Assembly (NCBI GenBank): GCA_963714275.1
Contig: CAVQNT010000004.1
Span: forward strand, 32,001 to 96,000
DNA: 64,000 bases
Source of the DNA: Candidatus Bathyarchaeota archaeon
GTDB lineage: Archaea; Thermoproteota; Bathyarchaeia; Bathyarchaeales; DTEX01
Direction: 5' to 3'
Shown here piece after piece: positions 10,902-22,627 of this stretch. The stretch's first letter is position 1, and every line of letters starts with the position of its first letter. The position numbers and the translations under genes are program-made. Under the pieces are notes generated by a model that did not search any database, had not been told where the DNA came from, and worked only from the letters and a program-made list of their open reading frames with translations.

Positions 10902-13058
10902 TTGAAGCATTCCAGAAGCGAAAAGCGCCTTTACTTGGATTCCTCACAGCCAATTAAGAAAAGAGTTGAGGAATTGCTTGCCCGAATGACACTTGAAGAA
11001 AAGGTTGGGCAGACGTGCCAGTATTCTGGGTTTCAAAAGGAGCATGAAGTCCTCGTTAAGCAAGGCCAAGTCGGCTCGTTCCTCAACGTGATGGGCACAG
11101 AAAACGCGAACAAGGTTCAGAAAATCGCGGTTGAACAATCCAGATTGGGAATCCCCCTGATCTTTGGCCTTGATGTGGTGCACGGGTACAAGACAATCTT
11201 CCCTATTCCGCTGGCAATTGCGAGCATGTGGGATCCTGAATTAGCCAAAAAGGCAGCCTCGGTTGCTGCTACTGAAGCGTCTTCTGAAGGCATCCGCTGG
11301 ACCTTTGCGCCGATGGTTGACGTTGCCCGTGACCCGAGGTGGGGGAGAATCGCGGAGGGAAACGGCGAAGACCCGTATCTAGGTTCAGCGATGGCGAGGG
11401 CTTATGTGGAAGGGTTTCAGGGCGAAAATCTTTCTAGTCCGAGTTCTGTTGTTGCCTGCCCGAAGCATTATGTGGCTTACGGTGTAGCAGAGGGCGGAAG
11501 AGACTACAACACCGTGGAAGTTTCTGAGAGGACTCTGAGGGACGTTTATTTGCCGCCTTTCAAGTCCGCGGTTAACGCTGGGGCTGGAACGCTGATGAGC
11601 GCATTCAACGACCTGAACGGCGTTCCCGCTTCTGGCAACAGGTTCACTCTCACGACTGTTCTGCGGGAAGAGTGGGGATTCGAAGGGTTCGTTGTCAGCG
11701 ACTGGAACTCCATAACTGAGCTCATCAACCATGGAACAGCTGCTAACGCAGCTGAAGCAGCAAAAGAAGCGGTTGAAGCTGGCGTGGACATGGCAGGCAA
11801 CGTTTACCAGACATACCTTGCGCAGCTGGTTAAAGAAGGAAGGGTTTCAGAAGAATGTTTAAACACAAGCTGTCAGACGCATCTTAAGAATCAAGTTTAA
11901 GCTGGGGCTTTTCGAGCGTCCCTACGTTGATCCTGAACAGGCGGGTAAAATCATTAAACGTAAAGAAAACATTGAAGTCGCTTTGGATGCAGCCCGAAAG
12001 TCGATTGTGCTTCTGAAAAATGAAGGCAACATCCTTCCACTAAAAAAGAACATAAAGTCTTTAGTCTGTCGTAGGTCCGTTGGCTGACAATCAGGCTGAC
12101 TTGCTCGGTTGCTGGGCGTACACGGGAGACCCAAAAGACACGGTCACCGTCCTCGAAGGCGTCAAAGGCAAGGTGTCGTCTAAAACCAAGATTTTGTTTA
12201 CGAAGGGATGCGAAATTGAAGGAACCTCGAAACAAGGCTTTGAGGACACCGCGGACAAAGTGAAGCTGCAGAGGTGGTTATCGTGGTTGTGGGCGAAGGC
12301 AGAGACATGAGCGGCGAAGCATCCAGCCGTTCCACGTTGGACTTGCCTGGGGTTCAAGAGGAGCTGAGTTAAGAAAATTTATGAAACAGGTGTGCCTGTG
12401 ATCATGGTTTTAATGAACGGGAGACCGCTGTCGATTTCTTGGTCCGCTGAACATGTGCCCGCAATTCTGGAGGCTTGGCACCCCGGAATTCAAGGAGGTA
12501 AAGTCTGTTGCTGACATCTTGTTCGGCGATTTTAATCCCGGTGGCAGGTTACCTGCGACGTTTCCGCGCACGGTTGGGCAGGTGCCCATCTACTACAACT
12601 TCAAGAGCACTGGTAGACCTTCGTCTGCCGAAAGGTGGTCCACAAAATACATCGATTTGCCTTACACTCCGCTGTTTCCGTTTGGGCACGGGCTGAGCTA
12701 CACACTATTCGAATACAGCAACCTCAGGACAACGCCTGAAACGATTAAGCCAGACGGAAAAATCAAGGTATTCGTTGATGTCCAGAACGTTGGCGACTGA
12801 GAAGGCGACGAAGTTGTCCAACTATACATCCGCGACGTCGTCGGTAGCGTAACCAGACCAGTAAAAGAACTCAAAGGATTCAAGAGGATAACCCTAGAAC
12901 CAAAGGAAAAACGAACAATGGAGTTCACACTCGGTCCCGAAGAACTGTCCTTCACAAACAAAGAAATGAAACGTGCAGTAGAACCTGGAACCTTCAATGT
13001 CATGATAGGTAAATCATCAGAGGACATACAATTAACAGGAAGTTTCGAGGTAAAATAG
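10902..13058 (+). CDS. GH3 beta-glucosidase/beta-xylosidase (BglX-like); several frameshifts and an in-frame TGA at 12798-12800
   Basis: DVVHG, RDPRWGR, GEDP, PKHY, VVSDW nucleophile, PLFPFGHGLSYT, Fn3-like EVVQLYIRD...KELKGF. Confidence 0.9.
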
Positions 13059-13411
13059 CATAAAAATGACTAGCTAGCTAATAGATAAGATAACAAGAGG
13101 ATAAAATACAAATGTAGCTCTTAATGTGATGGAGGCTACCCCTCCGAGTCCTCCCAAACCAATAAGACCTAATCCTTCATCTTTGCTTCTCTTGGCTTTT
13201 AATTGTAGATAGTTGCTTTGGTGTTTTAAAACTCTCATAAATGTAAAATAAATCAATATTTTTTTTATGCTTTTATAATAACTTTTTGCGAACAAACTTC
13301 TGAATAAGACTTTTATTTTTTAAGCGCCCAGCCTTCAGGCGATGATAATTTTTTTTCTTTTTTAGAAAAAATATAATAGTTTATTGGTCGTACTAAGATT
13401 CGTGATTGGGT

Positions 13412-15771
13412 ATGGATTATGGGCACTTCTCGCGTGACGGCAAGGAGTACGTAATTACTAGGCCTGATACGCCTACGCCGTGGATTAACTATTTGGGCGA
13501 CAGCGAGTACTGCGCCATGATTTCGAACACTGCTGGAGGGTACAGCTTCCACCTTGACCCGAGGGAAAGAAGAGTCCTCAGGTACAGGTACAATAACCTG
13601 CCCATGGACAGGCCCGGAAGGTACCTCTACATCAGAGATAACGGGACAGGCGAATACTGGTCCCCAACGTGGCAGCCCACAGCCAAGGAGTTGAGCGCGT
13701 ATGAGTGCAGACACGGGTTGGGATATACCGTAATCTCCTCTACTTATCAAGGCATGGTGGCGGAAGTCACGTATTTCGTGCCTTTGGGCGAGAACCTCGA
13801 AATCTGGATGCTGACCCTTAAAAACACTTCCCACAAAGGCAGGGAGCTGACCGTTTTTTCGTACACCGAGTTCTGCCTATGGCAGGCCACGGGTGACCAG
13901 ACCGACCTCCAATACCGTCAGGGCTTGGCTGAGGCTAAGCTTGAGGACGGTATAATCTTCTACAACCTCCATGATCTCAGCACGGGATACGCCTATTTCG
14001 CCTCAAACGGTCGGGTCACAGGATACGACTGCAACAGAGAAAAGTTCATCGGACGCTACCGGGGCGAATCTAACCCAGTTGCCGTCGAAAGAGGGCAATG
14101 CTTCAACTCCGAAGCGAAAGGCGGAAACCCCGTAGACTGTCACCAGCAACTCGGTTAAGCTCGGTCTCGGAGAAACAGAAACAATCATCTTCGTCTTAGG
14201 CGTAGCGAAGGAAAAGCCCGAAGCCAAAAAGTGTGTGCAAAGATTCGGGCAAAAAGCCACCGTGGACGCTGAGCTCCCGGAAGCTGAAGAAGCATTGGAG
14301 CAACTATCTGGGCAGGCTTCGTCGCGGATACTCCAGACGCCGAGTTCAATCTCACAGTCAACATCTGGAACCCGTACCAGTGCAGGACAACCTTCGACTG
14401 GTCAAGGTACGTGTCACTGTACGAAACAGGCATTGGGCGAGGAATGGGGTTCCGAGACAGCAACCAAGACACTCTGGGCGTGGTTCACGCCTTCCCCCAA
14501 AGGGTGCGGCAACGAATCCTGGATCTCGCTAAGAACCAGTTTGAAAGCGGCAAAGCCTACCACATTTACTATCCTATCACAGGCGAAGGCGGCTACCCCG
14601 ACTATGCGAAGCCGCAGATGCAGTTCTTCAGCGACGACCACCTCTGGCTGATTCTGGCTGTATGCGAGTACATCAAGGAAACGGGGGACATGACCGTTCT
14701 GGACGAGAGAGCCAAGTTCGTGGAGGGCTCAACCGCAAGCCTTTACGAGCACCTGAAACGGTCAATAAAGTTCACCCTCGACAACATGGGCAACCACGGT
14801 CTGCCTCTGCTGGGAACAGCTCGACTGGAACGACCCGCTCAACATTCCTGGACCAAACAACGCGGCTGAAAGCGTGTGGGTCGCAATGTTCCTCTACAAA
14901 GCCCTCCTCGAACTGACGGAGCTCTGCAAGGAATACCGCCAAGACAAAGACGCACAAAAGTTTGCAGCCCTAGCTGACAAGACCAAAGCTCACTTAAACG
15001 AAATAGCGTGGGACGGAGAGTGGTACATCCGAGCATTTTCTGACTCAGGTGGACTCGTAGGCAGCTCCACAATGCAAAGAGGGAAAGATTTTCCTTAACA
15101 CGCAGTCCTGGGCAGTTTTCAGCCAAATAGCGCCAAAGGAGAGGGCAGTTCGATGCATGAACTCGGTGAAGAAGCACTTGGACACCGAGTACGGGATAAA
15201 GTCTTCGGCTCCCGCCTACACGAAATACACTCCTGAAATAGGCTCAATAACGTCTTACATTCCTGGACTGAAAGAAAACGCGTCAATTTGGTGCCACGCC
15301 AACGCTTGGGCGATCTTGGCGGAGTGCATACTCGGGCGAGGAGACCAAGCCTACGAGTACTTCATGAAGCTTGCGCCCCCAACCACGAACAAGAGGGCTG
15401 AGATTCACGGAGCCGAACCGTACGTGTATTCCCAAACAATCGCTGGGAAAGACCACCCCGATTTCGGCTGGGCGCGGCAGTCATGGCTCACGGGAACCGC
15501 GGCGTGGATGATGAAGGTAGCCACAAACTGGATTCTTGGCATCCGACCCCAATATCACGGATTGTTAGTGGACCCATGTGTCCCGAAAACATGGGAAAAG
15601 TTCGAGGTTACCCGAAGCTTCAGGAACTCTGTCTATGTCATAAAAGTCGAAAACCCCGACCACGTGTCCAAGGGAATAAAGTCCGTGACTATAGATGACA
15701 AGCCTCTCAGGACCAACCTCTTGCCGGTCTTGTCTGATGGGAAGAAGCACGTAGTGAAGGTTACGATGTGA
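13412..15771 (+). CDS. GH94 glycoside phosphorylase (cellobiose/cellodextrin/chitobiose-phosphorylase-like); frameshifted
   Basis: TPTPWINYL, CRHGLGYT, GRGMGFRDSNQD, SDDHLWL, WDGEWYIRAF, KENASIWCH, SWLTGTAAW. Confidence 0.92.
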
Positions 15772-15874
15772 TAACACAACCTGGAACCACACATGAATGA
15801 GATTAGCTGAGTCAGCTCGAAAAGCTTCGTCCGAATGAAATGTGTGTGGTTTGTATTACTCAGCAGATATTGCT

Positions 15875-16144
15875 TTAGAGTCTCTTCTGTCCGCTTCTTT
15901 TGATCCAATAGATGATTGCACAGAAATAGAATGTGTTGACGCCGTTGAAAATGAAGGTCATCCACGACCCAAGCAACACTCCGACAATAACAAAAAGGAA
16001 AGCCGCCATCGTGTATAATGAAAAAGTTAACGCAGATAAATCCTTCAAGGTTTTTCTGTTCTTTATTGTCTTAACAAGTTGCGGAAACCCGCCAAAGAAA
16101 AAAAGGCAGTTACCAACATCAAGAAGTATAGTTATTTCATCCAT
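15875..16144 (-). CDS. Single PQ-loop SemiSWEET-like small transporter
   Basis: 89 aa, three hydrophobic segments, FPQLVKTIK...KDLS motif. Confidence 0.75.
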   Translation of the reverse strand: MDEITILLDVGNCLFFFGGFPQLVKTIKNRKTLKDLSALTFSLYTMAAFLFVIVGVLLGSWMTFIFNGVNTFYFCAIIYWIKRSGQKRL

Positions 16145-16717
16145 TTTATTGCTCTCTCCACATTATTCTTTGATAATACCACTCACATTTGAAATTGTTT
16201 GCCATAATCGCATAAAAAGTAAGGTCACACATCGTAATCACAGAATGTTATCACTAGCTGTTTCATTCAACGGACTCAGTGGATATTCGCTGCATCCACG
16301 CATTGTAACTACCAGCTTCAACATGAAGGAAAGCTGACTAAAGTACTGACATAGTTTCCCTGCATAATGTTTTTCGAAACATACTGCCAGGTGACGGTCC
16401 TGACATTCAAGTTGAGGGCTCAAAAATATATTGGAGTTTTTCAGGCAGCGAATGTCCATGCCCGATAGGTGGTATTATTAGGAATTCAATTGTATGCCTT
16501 TGTGGAATTGGGCACATTAAAGGCATATTGGAACCTCTGCTAGGGAAGAAATTGACCAATAAGATTGAGCAGTCACGTTTGAAGGAGACAGCAAATACGC
16601 ATTCACTATTCGCATTTCCAAGATAAAATGAAGGAAAGAACAAAAAACTTAAAGACGCACAAACAATAAGTTTTTATATAATGTGATAATAAATATGGCG
16701 CTAAAGAGGTGTAAAAA

Positions 16718-17062
16718 ATGATAGGAGCAGTAATCTTTGTTATTTTCTTTCTAGCATTTCTGGGTATTTCTCTTGGTATATCATTACCTCCCGGGAACAT
16801 GATCTTTGATATTCTAAAAATTCCTATGACAGACTATCCAGTACTTGGAATTCCTGCTAACACATTAATTCCTGCTATAGTAAACGGCGTAGTCTACGGT
16901 TTCATAATATGGCTGATCTTCTCTGTGGTATCTGCAGTTACTGGCAGAAATAAGAAGAAAGGCGAAACTATTTCACAATCCGTCACTGTTCATGTTGGAG
17001 ACAAAGAGAAAGAGCCACTGCCAGAGAAAAAGGAACCTGTTGAATCTAAAGAAACTAAATAA
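16718..17062 (+). CDS. Hypothetical membrane protein
   Basis: Two hydrophobic segments and a charged tail; GAGGTG RBS and TATA-like TTTATATA upstream. Confidence 0.7.
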   Translation: MIGAVIFVIFFLAFLGISLGISLPPGNMIFDILKIPMTDYPVLGIPANTLIPAIVNGVVYGFIIWLIFSVVSAVTGRNKKKGETISQSVTVHVGDKEKEPLPEKKEPVESKETK

Positions 17063-17344
17063 CTCCCCGTATAAAACCGTATAAAACAATATCTTCTTTT
17101 TTTACTTAATAAAAAATGGGGAATCATTAACCTTGTTATAATGGATGTTGCCTGCTTTCGATCAAGCAATAACCGCTATTGTCAAGGAAGCTATTCAGAT
17201 AAATTGCAACATAAATCACGTAGTTTTCATTTTAATTCAATACAGCTAATCAAGCTTGTTTCGTGTTATGTTCTCTCTTGCATGCGTGCGAGTAATGAGA
17301 GTATTAGGAAAAGAGAGAATTAGGAAGAAGAGAAAAAGTGAATG

Positions 17345-18424
17345 TTAGCGGACTATATTTTTTCTCAGAATTTCGAGCATCTGCCTGTCCAAGCGGTCTC
17401 CGTTCTGCAGGTTTTCGCTGTGGAATTCTTCCCGCCCAGTGTTTATTATGCCGAAGGACCCGCGGAAATTCCATTGCGCCCATCCAACCTTGTTCTCTTT
17501 CATAATTCCGAGGACATCTTTAAACCAGTTAAGCTGCGTCTGCCTCGGAACCTTATAGACGTATATACCGAGTTCGCCGCAGTGGATGAGCGAACCTGTT
17601 TCTTTTCTAAACTCGAACCAGGGCTTCATCCAGTTTTCCAGCCATTTTTTGTCGACGAACACTCCTTTCCACCTTTGAAAGTCACGCCTAGACGGTGAAT
17701 CAGGTGGCAATTTTTCTATGTATTTGTCCAAGTTTGGGGCTTCACATGGATATTTTGGCTGTTCATCGTAGTTTCCCCAAACACCCGCCCAACTAGCCAT
17801 AATGTGCGTGATCCAATGAGGCTCATAGACGTGGAAGCTTTGTCCGAAAAGAGGGTTGTTAATTTCAGTTACGGGTTTATAATGTCCTTCAGGCACGATT
17901 AAACCGTCAGCGATGACGAGTCTTTTCTTGTCTTCTTCCCATATGCCTTCAAGCATTCTCTCGACAAACTTTTTGTAGACGGGCATTGTTGTGCCGTACG
18001 GTTCATTGACAAGGTTGAAGCTCACAACCTTATTCGATAATCCCTTGTAGCGCTTGGCAAAAAGCCTCCAGTGGAACTCGCAAGCAGCTTGAGACTCCTC
18101 GTCCCTCCAGAGATTAAATGGTTCCTTGGCACTCTGGTTCACAGTGAATCCTGGCGCCCTGTGAAAACAGAGGTTCAGGTGGATTCCATACTTCTTACCG
18201 AGTGCGACTGCGTCGTCGATCTCAACCAGAACCTTCTCGTTAACTTTGTAGGGATCCTCATTCAATATCCAACAATGATAGTCCATTGGCAAACGGAAAA
18301 AGTTGAATCCCCATTCAGCGGCACGCTTAAAGTCGACTTCATCAAACGGATCATTCCTATAAAATTTCTCCAGAAGGTTGAAACCGCACCAAATCGGCAA
18401 CGATTCTACCATAATCCTTATCAA
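17345..18424 (-). CDS. GH5 glycoside hydrolase (cellulase family), no obvious signal peptide
   Basis: GFNFFRLP, HRAPG, NLVNEP (acid/base), HVYEP, HCGELG (nucleophile), GWAQWNFRG. Confidence 0.9.
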   Translation of the reverse strand: MIRIMVESLPIWCGFNLLEKFYRNDPFDEVDFKRAAEWGFNFFRLPMDYHCWILNEDPYKVNEKVLVEIDDAVALGKKYGIHLNLCFHRAPGFTVNQSAKEPFNLWRDEESQAACEFHWRLFAKRYKGLSNKVVSFNLVNEPYGTTMPVYKKFVERMLEGIWEEDKKRLVIADGLIVPEGHYKPVTEINNPLFGQSFHVYEPHWITHIMASWAGVWGNYDEQPKYPCEAPNLDKYIEKLPPDSPSRRDFQRWKGVFVDKKWLENWMKPWFEFRKETGSLIHCGELGIYVYKVPRQTQLNWFKDVLGIMKENKVGWAQWNFRGSFGIINTGREEFHSENLQNGDRLDRQMLEILRKNIVR

Positions 18425-18534
18425 AACACCTTATATTTTAACTAACTTTAAAAATCTTTATAATTGATGCAACCAGAAACATGGTCTAAATGGCAGCACA
18501 GACATTGGTGGAAAAATTAAAGCAACAAGTGATA

Positions 18535-19023
18535 TTAGCACATTTTCTGCATTATGTGTACGTCTAATAGTTTTCCGAATTTGCGTCCAACCTCTCTCGT
18601 GGTTCCGACATGTTCGAACCCGAAAGCCTCGTGTAGGCGAACGCTTACCTCGTTAGACTCAGCAATGCGAGCGAGGACTGTGTGTAAGCCTTTCTTCTGG
18701 CCTTGGTCGAGGATTTCCTGCATGAGTTTTTTACCTGTTCCTTTTCCTCTATGTTCCTCTTTCACGTAGACGGAGATTTCAGCAGTGTCCGAGTATGCGC
18801 ACCTGTCTGACCATTTGCTTAGTGACGCCCAGCCAACAACAGCGTTGCCCTGTTCCGCGACCAAAATGGGATGCCTGGAATCGTGGCTTTCAAACCAAGG
18901 CTTCTGCTCCTCAACCGTCTTAGGCTCGGCGTCAAACGTAGCCACGGTCTTCAGTATAGCCTCGTTGTAGATTTCGGTTATTGCAGCCAAATCCTTCATT
19001 GCTGCTTTTCTAATCGTTAACAT
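18535..19023 (-). CDS. GNAT N-acetyltransferase (Pat/YncA-like)
   Basis: IYNEAI..TVATF, AYSDTAEISVYV, RGKGTG, NEVSVRLHEAFGF, VGRKFG. Confidence 0.9.
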   Translation of the reverse strand: MLTIRKAAMKDLAAITEIYNEAILKTVATFDAEPKTVEEQKPWFESHDSRHPILVAEQGNAVVGWASLSKWSDRCAYSDTAEISVYVKEEHRGKGTGKKLMQEILDQGQKKGLHTVLARIAESNEVSVRLHEAFGFEHVGTTREVGRKFGKLLDVHIMQKMC

Positions 19024-19039
19024 GCAACTGCCTCGGAAA

Positions 19040-19165
19040 TCACGGATTAAGTCCCATTACAGCTAAGGCTACGTTAAGCCCTTTCCCTTTTTCGGAAAAC
19101 CTGATTTGAGGGTCTGTCCGTCGTGAGTTCCTCATCTTAACTTCAGGCTTTTTCGGGCACGTCAT
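19040..19165 (-). CDS. Putative ~40-aa peptide
   Basis: (MTC)PKKPEVKMRNSRRTDPQIRFSEKGKGLNVALAVMGLNP*; GAGGGG RBS upstream; stop 16 nt before the GNAT start. Confidence 0.45.
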   Translation of the reverse strand: MTCPKKPEVKMRNSRRTDPQIRFSEKGKGLNVALAVMGLNP

Positions 19166-19579
19166 CCCCTCAACGAAACAAACGTGCATTAAACATAAAA
19201 ACATTCCACAAATAACCAAAAAACAGACAAACATTTACAGAGTATAGTTTGCGCCCCAAAATTGCAAAGCGGATGTGCCACAAAACAGACAGGTCGAAGA
19301 CAGCACTGTTTGTTACACAAAATTGAAAACCCGATGTTACACAAATCAGACTGGTCTTAGGCAATGCTGTGTGTTGTTCAAAATGCTTTTTCGGTTGTTG
19401 AATAAATCAGATCAGTCGGGAAATGCAATGAATCAGTATTCTTTTGACAGCTGCTGTGTTGATTCACTAACTTACACTCTGTCAATGACGGACAAACAAG
19501 ATATCTGAAGCATTTGCCATGACACAATAATTAAGGTCATTTATGGAAAATCTTTAAAAGGCAATGTTTACTATGAAAG

Positions 19580-20246
19580 ATGTATTCGAGGGAAAAAACG
19601 TTGAGTCCAAAAAAGAAAGCTCCAAAAACCGAACAAAAACCACAGAACTCAGTTGTCATGAAAATTGGTTCAATAAAATTCCCAGTTGGCGAAGCATTCC
19701 GTTTCGCTCTGGAAAGCATTAGGAAACGGTTCACTCGAGCCCTCATCACGGCGTTCTCTGTGCTGTTAGGCATCGCCTTTATGGTCACAATATTGACGAT
19801 GGGCACAATTCTACCAAGCGTGGGACAGATACCTCCCGCACAATACCAAACATGGATGGTCATCATCGCCCTCCTCGTGTGCGGCGTCGGAATCGTGAAC
19901 TCGATGCTGATGTCCGTCACAGAAAGATACAAGGAAATCGGAACAATGAAGTGCCTAGGCGCAACAGACATGAACGTCCTCCAAATTTTCCTGATCGAAG
20001 CGTTGCTGCTTGGAGTATTAGGCGGCGTACTCGGATCATGCGCAGGTTGGATAGCTCACAATCGTAATATTCGGAATCCAGTTCTCATTCCCCGCAGTCT
20101 TAGCAGGAGTCAACCTCCTCCCCTACGTCACATACATAGGCGAAGGCATAGCAATAGCCTCGCTACTCAGCGTAGCTGCAGCAGCCTATCCCGCAGTGTA
20201 CGCTGCAAGACTTAATCCAGCAGAAGCATTAAGATACGAAATATAG
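19580..20246 (+). CDS. Minimal MacB/FtsX-like ABC permease (frameshift near 20055)
   Basis: RALITAFSVLLGIA, GIVNSMLMSVTERYKEIGTMKCLGA, IFLIEA, C-terminal YPAVYAARLNPAEALRYE in the shifted frame. Confidence 0.85.
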
Positions 20247-20330
20247 AAAACTGGAGCGACAACAAAAGTCACTCATCGCTCTTCAAACTTTTTGTATCAA
20301 GAAAAAATAATGAATTTTTTTCAGCCTTTT

Positions 20331-21057
20331 CTATTCAGCTGCTCTCACATAAACTTCTGCTCTAGTCTCGTATCGGTCGACAAGCCCGTCGCGGAGATAC
20401 ATAATTCGGTCGCTGACATCAATCATCTTCAAGTCGTGAGTAGCAGCAATAATGGTAACACCCTTCTCTTTATTCATCTCCCTCAGCAAAGTAATGATTT
20501 CAAGCCCAGTGTGAAGGTCAAGGTTCCCCGTAGGCTCATCAGCAAGTACGATAACAGGATTGTTAGCCAAAGCCCGCGCAATAGCCACACGCTGCTGCTG
20601 ACCACCACTTAGCTCCGCAGGTTTATGAGACATCCTTTCTCCAAGCCCAACGGAGTCAAGGATCTCACGTCCTCTCCTCATCCTCTCGTCGCTGTCTACA
20701 CCAGCGAATATCATTGGTAACGTAACGTTTTCCATTGCTGTTAGAACAGGAATTAGATTGAAGGTTTGAAAGATGTAACCAATCTTTCGGCATCTTAGCC
20801 ACGCTAGTTCGTATGCGTCGAGCTTTGCGATGTCAACTCCATCTATGAAGACTCTTCCACGCGTAGGTCTGTCGATTCCGCCCACCATGTTGAAAAGGGT
20901 TGTCTTGCCAGAACCTGAAGGACCCATGATTGAAATGTATTCGCCCCGTTTGATTCTGATGTTGACGCCGTCAAGCGCCTTAACCGTCACCTGACCCATT
21001 TGGTAATATTTCGCGAGGTCCTCAGTTTCGACAACATACTCGAAGCTGATAAGCCAT
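20331..21057 (-). CDS. MacB/LolD-type ABC ATPase
   Basis: GPSGSGKT, LSGGQQQRVAIARAL, LADEPTGNLD; true start probably near 21057 after GGAGG. Confidence 0.92.
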
Positions 21058-21308
21058 TCCTCCGATTAAATATGGAGTAATAGCCAAAAACTACCTTATA
21101 AAACTACTCTTAAAAACCCCATTGGATTCAGACGCCAACAGGTTTACAAAAAAAGCATTATTCATGGCAATTTTAAAAATTTTTGAAAAACTAAAAGATT
21201 AAACTGCTATATCGCACTCCTTTTTTAGAGAAACGCTTTTTCCGTAATTCATGCTTACGAAAAGCCTTTATTTTATTAAGTCGCTCAGAATAAACAATCC
21301 TAAATTGG

Positions 21309-22553
21309 GTGTGTTTGACTTTGAAAAGAGTTACAATAGGAATCATTGGGTCAGGCGGCATCTTTCAAGGCGCCCACCTCCCCGCTTACCCCGAAATCTA
21401 CGAGGCGCATCTTGTAAGCTTATGCGACGTTTCAAAAGACGTGCTGATAGTCTGCAGAAAGGAGAACCAAGAGCCTTTACCAGGAAAAAGCCCAGAAAGC
21501 TGAAGAAAGAGGAGACCACGAACAGGCTGAACAGCTAAGAGAGGACGCTGAAAGCTTAAAGACGTATTCTAACGTTTCCGAGATGCTTTCGAAGGAAGAA
21601 CCTGATCTGGTCGATGTCTGCACGCCCACAAAATTCCACAGCTCAACAGCCATAGAAGCCCTGAGCCGAGGAATCAACGTAATGTGTGAAAAGCCCATGG
21701 CACGGACATATCTGGAATGCCTAGACGTCGTCGAAGCGGTGGAAAACAGCGGAAAACTTTATCAACACAACGAGAACTGGCTTTACGATCCATTCTGGTA
21801 CAACGCCAATAAACAAATTGAGAGCGGAGCAATAGGCGAACTTCAACTCGTCTTCTTAGCCACAGCTCATGGCGGACCAGAATGGGCTTCATGGTTCTGG
21901 AACCCAGACATAGCAGGTGGCGGGGCGCTGTTGGACAACGGTGTTCACGCAATAACCACGTCTTGGTTCCTGAACGGTTTCGACAAAAAACCAACTATGG
22001 TGAAAGCTGCTGAACCCTATGGCATCTGCATAAGAATGAAGACCAGAATCCTGCAAGGCATGTTCAAACCTTTCGAGGTTGAGGACGACGCTCACGTCCT
22101 TATACGGTTCGAGGACGATGCGGGAAAGTGGTCAACGGCGCACGTTGAAGGCTCATGGTCCTACAGGGATTCCACGGACACATCAATCATCGGAACCAAC
22201 GGAGCAATAAAACCAGCCTACAAAGAGGGCGACACGATTCTGGAGATAACAGACGCCTTTGGGGGAAAAAGAGAATTCAACCAAGGCAAGGTTACATGGA
22301 CCCGAAGCTCGCTGGAGAAATTAGGAACATGTGCAACTGCGTACTGAACGACGTCAAGTCCGTGTGCGACGAGAAGGTCGGAACAGAAACCACAGCGATT
22401 GTCGAGTCAGCCTACCTGTCCCAGAAAAAGGGCAAAAAGCCTGTTACACTTGACGAATTCAAGAAATACGCACTCAGAATTAAGGACAAGGAAGGAAGGA
22501 ACGCCACTGAAGCGTTGATGAAAGACCTGTTGAAGGGAATAGTAAGAATCTAA
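21309..22553 (+). CDS. Gfo/Idh/MocA oxidoreductase (frameshifted)
   Basis: GIIGSGGI, DVCTPTKFH, CEKPMA, GGGALLDNGVH, VEDDA. Confidence 0.88.
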
Positions 22554-22627
22554 AACAATCTCGCTTGGTTACGAATGACTCTTGAACCAACAATTTTTTT
22601 TCTGTTGTAAGAACTATATAGTGTAAA

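Noticed and set aside
12798-12800. In-frame TGA in GH3 as readthrough
   Set aside because: Context GD*EGDEVVQLY expects Arg (CGA to TGA); this is a point error or mutation, and it implies a different residue from the SMC case.
13074-13295. 73-aa ORF with a Gly-rich hydrophobic tail
   Set aside because: Possibly a membrane-protein remnant, but no family is recognisable and the start is doubtful.
16238-16643. Cys-containing - strand ORFs in an AT-rich spacer
   Set aside because: No recognisable motif or RBS; cannot be supported as genes.
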